NCBI GenBank assembly: GCA_964383495.1
Contig: CAYLHG010000003.1
Location: forward strand, 17,771-81,770
Direction of reading: 5' to 3'
DNA length: 64,000 nucleotides
Source: an uncultured Gammaproteobacteria bacterium
Lineage (GTDB): Bacteria; Pseudomonadota; Gammaproteobacteria; JABCZS01
Shown: positions 30,631-38,873 of the stretch, one piece after another
How the letters are laid out: each line of letters starts with the position of its first letter
Position numbering within the stretch: position 1 is the first letter of the stretch
The notes under the pieces: model-generated
Database searches by the model: none
The model's input: only the letters and a program-made list of their open reading frames with translations
What the model was told of the DNA's origin: nothing
Made by a program: the position numbers and the translations under genes

Positions 30631-31959
30631 TTAAGCCGATAAAGATAACAATAATCGAGGCAATTCGGGGATTAAATAAAAAGGAATAGACAAAATTTGC
30701 TTATCCCATTGGGGTAGATCAGCCCAAATACGCGCTCCGCACAAAGATTTTTTTTCTTCCATAAATAATTGTAATGATTTCAGCCGCCCGGTGCTACCCG
30801 CTTTAACTTCAATAGGGATAATATTATTTGCCACTGTTAATAAATAATCTATTTGAGCTTGACTATTTTTTGCCTCTCTACACCAAAAAAATAAATGAGG
30901 ATCATCATCCATTGCTTGCAACGCTAACAACTCTTGCCCTACAAATTGCTCTGCTAATTCACCAGCATTTAAAAATAAAATATTTTGATTCAATAGCAGA
31001 TCCGCTGTCAATAAACCACTGCAATTCGCCAACCCAATATCAATAAATAATAATCTAAATTTTTTTAGATCAATGACTGCTGTTAAAGGCAACCCCGCTG
31101 CAGCCGTTCTATAAACGGGGCAAAGCAACCCTGCATTAAATAAATTTTCTAATGCTTGCTTTATTGCAACAGCGCGTATATCAGGATCAATTTTATTATA
31201 TTTTACCCACTGCGATACAAATTGAGGCGCCTGCTTCAACAAAGTTTCTAATAAAGCATGCTGAGTGTGTTTTGCATACTTCCCAAAATCCAATCGATAA
31301 CTTGCTAATAATGCTCGTTGCACTTCTTGAGCACGTAAAAAGCTACCTGTTTCAAAATAAGCATTCAACACGGCAGGCATCCCCCCTAGTACCGTGTATT
31401 CTCGAATAAGCGTTATAAGTTTTTCATGTATCGGTAAAGCGAGAGGAGACGTCATATCATAATGGCGTAAATAGTCTTTTAATTTTTTATGCCCAGCTGC
31501 TTCTAAAAACTCATAAAACGTCAACGGCTTAAGGTATAAAAATTGTACGCGCCCCACAGGCATACGAAAATTTTCATCACGTAAAGCAAATTCTAATAAA
31601 GATCCTGCCCCTACCACATGTAACGCTGAATACTGCTCTTTAAAATAGCGTAGTGCCATAATAGCATTGGGGCACTCTTGAATTTCATCTAAAAATAAAA
31701 GTGTTTCTCCAGGAATAATAGGTATCTCAGATAAGACCTCAAGCAGGGCGGTGATTTTTTGAGGATCCAATGTATCAAAACATGCCTTGTATTCTGGACG
31801 TTGCTCAAAATTAATAACACAAAAATGCTTAAAATATTTTCTGCCAAAATCGGTCACCAAATGGGTTTTACCCACTTGCCGAGCGCCTCGTACCAATAAA
31901 GGGGAGCGCACAGGATTGCCCTTCCAATCTAAAAGCTGAGCCAAAGCATCTCTGTCCAT
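30631..31959 (-). CDS. AAA+ ATPase, DUF4143/AAA_14 family (intact copy)
   Basis: Walker A LLVRGARQVGKTHL, Walker B LLFLDEIQ, DUF4143-type C-terminal region. Confidence 0.75.
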   Translation of the reverse strand: MDRDALAQLLDWKGNPVRSPLLVRGARQVGKTHLVTDFGRKYFKHFCVINFEQRPEYKACFDTLDPQKITALLEVLSEIPIIPGETLLFLDEIQECPNAIMALRYFKEQYSALHVVGAGSLLEFALRDENFRMPVGRVQFLYLKPLTFYEFLEAAGHKKLKDYLRHYDMTSPLALPIHEKLITLIREYTVLGGMPAVLNAYFETGSFLRAQEVQRALLASYRLDFGKYAKHTQHALLETLLKQAPQFVSQWVKYNKIDPDIRAVAIKQALENLFNAGLLCPVYRTAAAGLPLTAVIDLKKFRLLFIDIGLANCSGLLTADLLLNQNILFLNAGELAEQFVGQELLALQAMDDDPHLFFWCREAKNSQAQIDYLLTVANNIIPIEVKAGSTGRLKSLQLFMEEKKSLCGARIWADLPQWDKQILSIPFYLIPELPRLLLSLSA

Positions 31960-31974
31960 TTTTCACCCTACAAA

Positions 31975-32033
31975 TGCTAAAATACAGGGTTATTTTAGCA
32001 TAATAAATGCTAAAAAACAGGGTTATTTTAACA
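31975..32033. promoter_or_regulatory. Two tandem copies of a palindromic site (TGCTAAAATA-n6-TATTTTAGCA, then TGCTAAAAAA-n6-TATTTTAACA), 16-75 bp upstream of the ATPase start
   Basis: Seen in sequence. 10-bp arms, 6-bp spacer 'cagggt', duplicated with a 33-bp period. Confidence 0.45.
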
Positions 32034-32223
32034 ATAAATTTAATAAATCAGTGACAATGCTTTGCAGCCCGTTTGTAAGTGCTTAATTTTAAATAACTTC
32101 GCTCTATCTCGTTAAAATTCATCAAACTAATGAGCACGGCCAAAAGGAGCGTACTACAAAATAGACGCGTCTAGAAGAAAGTAGGGCACAAAATAACCGG
32201 CTAGAGCACTCTCTATTTCGGCT

Positions 32224-33300
32224 TTATATACAAAGAGCTGAAAGTCGCAGCACCGCTTCCTTTTCATTTTCACCCACCACGGTGACATGCCCCAGCTTGC
32301 GTCCAGGTTTGGCCGTCTTGCCGTAAATATGATAAAAAATATGGGGTTCACATTTCATCTCTGCAGCTTCTGGCACCGACCCAATATAATTTATCATGAT
32401 GCTGAAACCCTTAGCATCACAAGCACCTAATGGTAAACCTGCTATGGCACGTAGATGATTTTCAAATTGTGACGTTTGCGCACCTTCGATGGTCCAGTGC
32501 CCGCTGTTATGAACGCGCGGTGCCATTTCATTTCCGATCAATGTATTATCTTTAACGAAAAATTCTATCGTTAATACACCCACGTAATTTAATGCTTTCA
32601 ATATTTTTTTCATATAATGTTGCGCCGCTAATGAAAGTGTTTCATTTACAAGCGGTGCTCGTGTAATACGTAAAATTCCTCCTTGATGTTCATTTTCACA
32701 TAAAGGATAAAATAATATTTCCCCCTTTATATTACGCACACCCATTAATGAAATTTCGCGATCAAATTTTACCAAGCCTTCATAAATTAATGCAGCAGGG
32801 GAAAGTGCTTCCACTCCCGCCACTAAATCTTCTTTTGAATAACAACGTATTTGCCCTTTGCCATCGTATCCTAAACGTCGCGTTTTTAAGATGCCAGGCA
32901 ACCCTACCGCTTCTAGTGCAGCAGAAATATCCAACTCGGTATTAATCGCATAAAATGGCGCGGGGGATAAACCCACTTGTTGAAATAATTGTTTTTCAAA
33001 CAAACGATCTTGTGAAATTTCTAATGCTTTTACAGAAGGGTAAAATGACTTTTGACTGCTTAAATATTTTGCAAAATCAAGAGGTATATTTTCTGTTTCA
33101 ATAGTAATAATATCAACGTCATTCACAAATGTTTGAACATGTGCAGCTTTCAATGCGGGCACAACACAAAGCGCAGACTCTCGCCCTGCACATTCTTCTT
33201 GCGATAGTGCTAAACATATTGTCTCAATATTCATTTGCTTTGCCGCTTGCGCCATCATTTGCGCTAACTGCCCCGCACCGACAATACCTATCCGCATCAC
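32224..33300 (-). CDS. purK: N5-carboxyaminoimidazole ribonucleotide synthase
   Basis: ATP-grasp PurK with [12 protein letters not shown]-terminus. Confidence 0.9.
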   Translation of the reverse strand: MMRIGIVGAGQLAQMMAQAAKQMNIETICLALSQEECAGRESALCVVPALKAAHVQTFVNDVDIITIETENIPLDFAKYLSSQKSFYPSVKALEISQDRLFEKQLFQQVGLSPAPFYAINTELDISAALEAVGLPGILKTRRLGYDGKGQIRCYSKEDLVAGVEALSPAALIYEGLVKFDREISLMGVRNIKGEILFYPLCENEHQGGILRITRAPLVNETLSLAAQHYMKKILKALNYVGVLTIEFFVKDNTLIGNEMAPRVHNSGHWTIEGAQTSQFENHLRAIAGLPLGACDAKGFSIMINYIGSVPEAAEMKCEPHIFYHIYGKTAKPGRKLGHVTVVGENEKEAVLRLSALCI

Positions 33301-33791
33301 TTGCCCTGCAAAGTATGTGACAATACTTCTTCCGTCTGCGCTGCGCGGAATGCCGCTAACCGCGCTTGTAATGCTTTATCTTCCAGCGCCAAAATGCTTG
33401 CTGCAAGTAACGCCGCGTTTTTTGCGCCGGCAGCCCCAATTGCCAAAGTGCCCACTGGCACGCCCGCCGGCATTTGGACAATAGACAATAAAGAATCCAT
33501 ACCATTTAATGCCGCAGATTGAACAGGCACACCTAACACAGGCAAAATTGTTTTAGCCGCTATCATCCCTGGTAAATGCGCTGCACCCCCGGCGCCTGCG
33601 ATGATCACTTTAATACCACGGCTTGCAGCTTCACTTGCGTATTCAAATAATAAATCCGGCGTGCGATGTGCCGAAACAACACGGTATTCATGAGGAATTT
33701 CAAGGAGTTCCAGAAGGGCGTGGGCATGCTGCATTGTTTCCCAGTCAGATTGGGAACCCATCACCACTCCTACGCAAGGTAAGCCTGCCAT
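33297..33791 (-). CDS. purE: N5-CAIR mutase
   Basis: [11 protein letters not shown] and [14 protein letters not shown] motifs. Start trimmed to the Met at 33791. Confidence 0.9.
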   Translation of the reverse strand: MAGLPCVGVVMGSQSDWETMQHAHALLELLEIPHEYRVVSAHRTPDLLFEYASEAASRGIKVIIAGAGGAAHLPGMIAAKTILPVLGVPVQSAALNGMDSLLSIVQMPAGVPVGTLAIGAAGAKNAALLAASILALEDKALQARLAAFRAAQTEEVLSHTLQGK

Positions 33792-34027
33792 CTTGAAAAG
33801 TCTCCTATGCTGTGTAAGATCAGATTGTATGCTAAAAAAAATACCAAGCATAACATTTTTTTGGCATAATACGCTTCCGAAAATGCTATGCGTGCAGCGG
33901 GTAATATTGAACCTCGGTGAACGGCTATATTTTAGCGCAAGATTGCCACACGAGCTGTTCAGTAGGAGTAGTGAACAACTTCCAAAAATGCTATGCTAAT
34001 CATTCTTAAATTAAAGGAGAGGCGCCC

Positions 34028-35110
34028 ATGAGAACTCGCTTGCTACTGGCTAGCTTAGCCCTTTGGTGCTGTGCGCATACTGTGCTCGCCGCGTCTAAAT
34101 TGTACATCTACAATTGGTCTGAATATTTCGCGCCCAATACCCTCTCCCAGTTTGAAAAAGAAACGGGCACTGATGTTGTGTATGACGTTTATGATAGCAA
34201 TGACATGCTGGAAGCCAAGCTCTATTCCGGTAATACAGGGTATGATCTTGTGTTCCCAACTAATTTCCCTTATTTTTTCCGCCAGCAACACGCGGGCATT
34301 TATCGTCCGCTGGATATAACCAAGTTACCAAACCTGAAAGGTGCTGACCAGTCCCTTGTCAAACCGCTGATGAAGGATGGGAAGCTTTACGCTGTACCTT
34401 ATATGTGGGGTACATTCAGCATAGGGGTGAATGTGGATAAGGTGGCGCCTTTATTTGATGGCAAAATCCCTGATAGCTGGTCTTTAATTTTTGACCCCGA
34501 AAATATGAAAAAGCTTTCAGCTTGTAAAGTAGCCTTCGTAGATTCCCCCATGTATGTCTATCCAATTATCATGAATTATCTCGGTTTACCCCGTGATACC
34601 ACAGAGTATGCACAGTTTGAGAAAGCAACGGCTATTATGCGCAGTGTGCGGCCTTATGTCACTTATTTTCATGATTCCCAGTATTTGAATGACCTCGCTA
34701 ACGGCAATGTCTGTGTGGCCTTTGGCTGGTCGGGTGATTTGGTGCTGGCGCGTAACCGAGCAAAGGAATCTGGAAACAATGTGAATATTCAGGTAATCAA
34801 TCCTAAAGAAGGCTCCTTGTTATTGTATGATGTGATTGCAATGCCCAAGGATGCCAAGGACGTAGATGCAGGGTTACAATTTATGAACTTTCTCATGCGC
34901 CCTGAGGTAGCTGCGCAAATCACAAACCATGTTGGTTTTCCTAATGCCATTCCCAGTTCAACAACATTACTGGCGCCTGGGGTAGCCACTGATCCTGCTA
35001 TCTATCCACCAGAAGCTGCACGCCAAAAAATGTTCACGCCTAACGAACTCCCGCTTGCGCTTGAAAAACAATTGCACCGCGATTGGGCTAGAATGAAAAC
35101 GATTAGATAG
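34028..35110 (+). CDS. potF: Periplasmic putrescine-binding protein (PotF-like)
   Basis: LYIYNWSEYFAPNTLSQFEKETGTDVVYDVYDSNDMLEAKL aligns closely to the E. coli PotF N-terminus. Signal peptide present. Confidence 0.85.
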   Translation: MRTRLLLASLALWCCAHTVLAASKLYIYNWSEYFAPNTLSQFEKETGTDVVYDVYDSNDMLEAKLYSGNTGYDLVFPTNFPYFFRQQHAGIYRPLDITKLPNLKGADQSLVKPLMKDGKLYAVPYMWGTFSIGVNVDKVAPLFDGKIPDSWSLIFDPENMKKLSACKVAFVDSPMYVYPIIMNYLGLPRDTTEYAQFEKATAIMRSVRPYVTYFHDSQYLNDLANGNVCVAFGWSGDLVLARNRAKESGNNVNIQVINPKEGSLLLYDVIAMPKDAKDVDAGLQFMNFLMRPEVAAQITNHVGFPNAIPSSTTLLAPGVATDPAIYPPEAARQKMFTPNELPLALEKQLHRDWARMKTIR

Positions 35111-35118
35111 AGGGACAC

Positions 35119-36234
35119 ATGCAACAGCCACAACAGAAACCTAAAAAAGACAATTACGTCCGCATCGAGGGGCTTACCAAGCATTACGACCGCGTGACGG
35201 CTGTCGATAACGTGACCCTAGGCATTCGTCAAGGCGAAATTTTTGGATTAATGGGAAGCTCCGGTTGCGGGAAATCGACGCTGCTGGAGCTTCTGGCTGG
35301 CCTAGAAACGCCTACCAAAGGGCGCATCTTTATTGACGGCCAAGACATAACCGAAGTGCCTGCACACTTACGCTCTGTCAACATGATGTTTCAGTCCTAT
35401 GCGTTATTCCCTCACATGACAGTTTGGGAAAATATTGCCTTTGGCCTTCAACAAGATAAACTCAGCAAGCAAGAAATCGTTGAGCGCGTGGAAGAAATGC
35501 TGGATATCGTCCGCATGTCTGATTATCGCCATGCAAAACCACATACCTTATCTGGTGGGCAACGTCAGCGCGTTGCGTTGGCTCGCAGCTTAGCCAAAAG
35601 ACCAAAGCTTTTATTATTAGATGAACCTATGGGCGCGCTGGATAAGAATCTGCGCGATCGCATGCAACTTGAAGTCGTGAGTATTCTTGAAAGGTTAGGC
35701 GTAACTTGTCTTATCGTTACGCATGATCAAGACGAAGCAATGACCATGTCTGAACGCATCGCCATCATGGACAAAGGCGAAATTATTCAAATTGGTACGC
35801 CAAAAGAAGTGTATGAATATCCGAGCTGTGTATTCAGTGCACAATTTTTGGGTTCTGTGAATATGTTCAAGGGTGTAATATCGCCTGACCAAAATGATAT
35901 AACGATCATTCATGTGCCTGATTTACAAAGTGATGTAACACTTGATCGTTCTTTATCATTACCGCAAGACCTATCTGTTTATGTTGCTGTGCGCCCAGAA
36001 AAAGTCATTCTATCACTGGAACATCCTGGGGTAACATACAATGTGGCCCGCGGTGTTGTGCGCGACATCGCATACATGGGTAGCCATTCCATTTACCACG
36101 TCACATTAGATTCTGGTAAAAAATTAGAAGCGAATGTATACCATAGTGACCGCTTTATTTCAGAGCCCATCACGTGGGACGACAAAATTTATGTTCATTT
36201 TCAACCAGACAGCGCGGTGGTACTCCAAGGATGA
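35119..36234 (+). CDS. potG: Polyamine ABC transporter ATPase (PotG/PotA)
   Basis: Walker A GSSGCGKST, signature LSGGQRQR, Walker B LLLDEP, TOBE C-domain. Confidence 0.9.
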   Translation: MQQPQQKPKKDNYVRIEGLTKHYDRVTAVDNVTLGIRQGEIFGLMGSSGCGKSTLLELLAGLETPTKGRIFIDGQDITEVPAHLRSVNMMFQSYALFPHMTVWENIAFGLQQDKLSKQEIVERVEEMLDIVRMSDYRHAKPHTLSGGQRQRVALARSLAKRPKLLLLDEPMGALDKNLRDRMQLEVVSILERLGVTCLIVTHDQDEAMTMSERIAIMDKGEIIQIGTPKEVYEYPSCVFSAQFLGSVNMFKGVISPDQNDITIIHVPDLQSDVTLDRSLSLPQDLSVYVAVRPEKVILSLEHPGVTYNVARGVVRDIAYMGSHSIYHVTLDSGKKLEANVYHSDRFISEPITWDDKIYVHFQPDSAVVLQG

Positions 36235-37145
36235 TCACAACCAGCCTCAAAAAATTCTTTTTTTCTGGCCGGACCTGGGTGTTAGGGATCCCTTATTTTT
36301 GGCTTTTTCTTTTTCTAGCATTGCCGTTTTTAATGGTTTTTCGTTTAAGCTTCAGCCAAATGACGTTTCAAGTTCCCCCGTATGAACCTTTGGTAACCAT
36401 TCAAAATTATTTGATCACACTGCATATCAACTTAAGTAATTATCGCACTATTTTACTCGATCACTTTTATGTGAGTGCTTATTTTAGCTCGTTGAAAATT
36501 GCTTTATTTTCGACCATCGGATGTTTATTAATCGGCTACCCTATGGCCTATTGTATTGCTCGTGCTGAAGGGGCTGTACGTTCTTTATTGCTTACACTCG
36601 TCGTATTACCATCCTGGACTTCTTTTTTATTACGCGTATACGCTTGGATGGGTATTTTGCAAGAAACAGGATTATTAAATCAATTATTATTGAAGCTACA
36701 TATTATTGCCACACCTATACAATTTTTATACACGCCGTTTGCAGTGTATTTAGGTATTATTTATGCTTACTTACCTTTCATGATTTTGCCGCTATACGTT
36801 TCTATTTCCAAACTAGACTGGACATTACTGGAAGCCGCAGCAGATTTAGGCGCAAAACCTTGGGTTGCTTTTTTACGCATCACCTTACCATTGACCATGC
36901 CAGGAATTATCACGGGAAGTTTATTGGTATTCATTCCTGCGGTTGGTGAGTTTGTTATACCTGATTTATTAGGTGGTTCTAGCACGAGCATGATAGGCCG
37001 TGTACTATGGCAAGAATTTTTCAATAATCGCGATTGGCCGCTAGCCGCAGCCTTAGCTACAGTGATGCTGGTTCTATTGTTAGTACCCATTTATTTATTC
37101 TCCCGTCATGAGCAAAAGCAGCAAGAGGAGAATGACAATGTTTAA
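36231..37145 (+). CDS. potH: Polyamine ABC transporter permease (PotH/PotB)
   Basis: Six-TM permease with EAA loop (EAAADLGA). ATGA overlap with potG. Confidence 0.85.
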   Translation: MITTSLKKFFFSGRTWVLGIPYFWLFLFLALPFLMVFRLSFSQMTFQVPPYEPLVTIQNYLITLHINLSNYRTILLDHFYVSAYFSSLKIALFSTIGCLLIGYPMAYCIARAEGAVRSLLLTLVVLPSWTSFLLRVYAWMGILQETGLLNQLLLKLHIIATPIQFLYTPFAVYLGIIYAYLPFMILPLYVSISKLDWTLLEAAADLGAKPWVAFLRITLPLTMPGIITGSLLVFIPAVGEFVIPDLLGGSSTSMIGRVLWQEFFNNRDWPLAAALATVMLVLLLVPIYLFSRHEQKQQEENDNV

Positions 37146-37947
37146 AACATCGCCTGTTGTTAAAACATTATCGATATTAGGATATATTTTTTTATATATG
37201 CCTATTGCGTTATTAGTCATTTATTCTTTTAACAGCTCACGCTTAGTCACAGTATGGTCTGAATTTTCTTTTAAATGGTATGGAGAATTATTTCAAGACA
37301 CCCAGCTTTTAACTGCCGCCTGGACCAGTGTGCGCATTGCACTGATGACAGCATTTGGCGCTACTTTCTTAAGCACACTGGCAGCTTATGCACTCACACG
37401 TTACCGCATGAAAAGCAGCAGTGCTTTATTTAATTTAATGATTCGTGCTCCACTGGTTATTCCTGAAGTGATTATGGGATTTTCGTTATTGTTATTATTT
37501 GTTGCCATGGAAGACTGGTTTGGATTTCCGCATGGCCGAGGCATGCTTACCATCTGGATTGCACACATGACACTGAGCCTTGCTTATGTCACCATGGTGA
37601 TTGTTGCACGATTACAAGAAATGGACCGCAGCTTGATTCTTGCTGCCACCGATTTAGGCGCAAAACCACTCACTATTTTCTTACGAGTCACTTTACCTGT
37701 CATTGCGCCTGCATTAGTGAGCGGTTGGTTATTAGCTTTCACATTGTCATTTGATGATTTGGTGATCGCAAGTTTTGTATCCGGCCCACAATCTACCACA
37801 TTACCCATGGCAGTTTATTCCAGCGTACGCATGGGCGTTAGCCCTAAAATTAATGCATTAGCAACATTGATGATCAGCATTGTAACTCTCATGGCCGTCA
37901 TTTTCTGCCTCATGTCTATACGTTTAGAGCGAAATAAATATCAATGA
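37132..37947 (+). CDS. potI: Polyamine ABC transporter permease (PotI/PotC)
   Basis: N-terminus aligns to E. coli PotI (VIYSFN). EAA loop AATDLGA. Confidence 0.85.
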   Translation: MTMFKTSPVVKTLSILGYIFLYMPIALLVIYSFNSSRLVTVWSEFSFKWYGELFQDTQLLTAAWTSVRIALMTAFGATFLSTLAAYALTRYRMKSSSALFNLMIRAPLVIPEVIMGFSLLLLFVAMEDWFGFPHGRGMLTIWIAHMTLSLAYVTMVIVARLQEMDRSLILAATDLGAKPLTIFLRVTLPVIAPALVSGWLLAFTLSFDDLVIASFVSGPQSTTLPMAVYSSVRMGVSPKINALATLMISIVTLMAVIFCLMSIRLERNKYQ

Positions 37948-38873
37948 ACGGATGGATTTTATATAGCCAAGCAGCATCGCAATTAAATGAAAAACATTAT
38001 GAAATGCAGCGTTTTATTGAAGCTGCAAAGGCACTGAATATTACGTTGCACATTCTTAAACCAGAAAACGTATCTTGGGTAGTAGACGCGCAACATCCCT
38101 TACAATTATTTGTTTGCGGGGAACCTTACGCTACACCTCATTTTGTGATTGCACGCCAAGGGTTTAATACCACTTATCCTGCACTTGCACTGTTGAATAC
38201 ATTAGAACATCATGGCGTATTTTTATGTAACCATGCGCGCGCTATTCAAGCAGCGCGAGATAAATATTTCATGCATCAACAATTTGTTAAACACGGGCTG
38301 CCCACCCCCAAAACCATGCTCGCACCTTACCCTATTGATTATACGTACATTGAAAAACATATTGGATTTCCATTAGTATTAAAAATACTCAACGGTAGCC
38401 AGGGCAGGGGAGTAATGTTGTGCGACACACCCTTAGCGCTTCAAAATATGTTGGAGTTTATTTACAATTACGATCGCAAAGCCACTACATTATTGCAAGG
38501 TTACATTGCAGAAAGCCGCGGACGTGATTTGCGCGTGCTCGTGCTAGGTGGGAAAGTTTTGGGCGTATTTGAACGTTCTTCTGAAACAGATTTCAAAGCC
38601 AATTTTTCTCGCGGTGGAAAAGTAGCGCCTTTTTCCATCAATGCAGAAATAGAGCAATTAGCATTATCTGCCACGAAAATTGCAGATTTAAGCATGGCTG
38701 GTGTGGATTTATTATTTACCAATACAGGCTATACATTGTGCGAAATTAATTCTTCCCCAGGTTTTCAAGGGTTTGAACGAGCGTTGGGTGGTTCTGTTGC
38801 ACAAGCCATGCTGGAGTATTGCATACAAAGCTTAAAATCCAAAATTTGCGCCCCCACGGGACCCCCCATCTGA
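37944..38873 (+). CDS. ATP-grasp ligase of the RimK family, coupled to the pot operon
   Basis: RimK-like motifs (DK...GFPLVLK..GSQGRGVML, LLQGYI.ESRGRDLRVLVLG, DFKANFSRGG, GVDLLF...CEINSSPGF). ATGA overlap with potI. Confidence 0.7.
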   Translation: MNGWILYSQAASQLNEKHYEMQRFIEAAKALNITLHILKPENVSWVVDAQHPLQLFVCGEPYATPHFVIARQGFNTTYPALALLNTLEHHGVFLCNHARAIQAARDKYFMHQQFVKHGLPTPKTMLAPYPIDYTYIEKHIGFPLVLKILNGSQGRGVMLCDTPLALQNMLEFIYNYDRKATTLLQGYIAESRGRDLRVLVLGGKVLGVFERSSETDFKANFSRGGKVAPFSINAEIEQLALSATKIADLSMAGVDLLFTNTGYTLCEINSSPGFQGFERALGGSVAQAMLEYCIQSLKSKICAPTGPPI

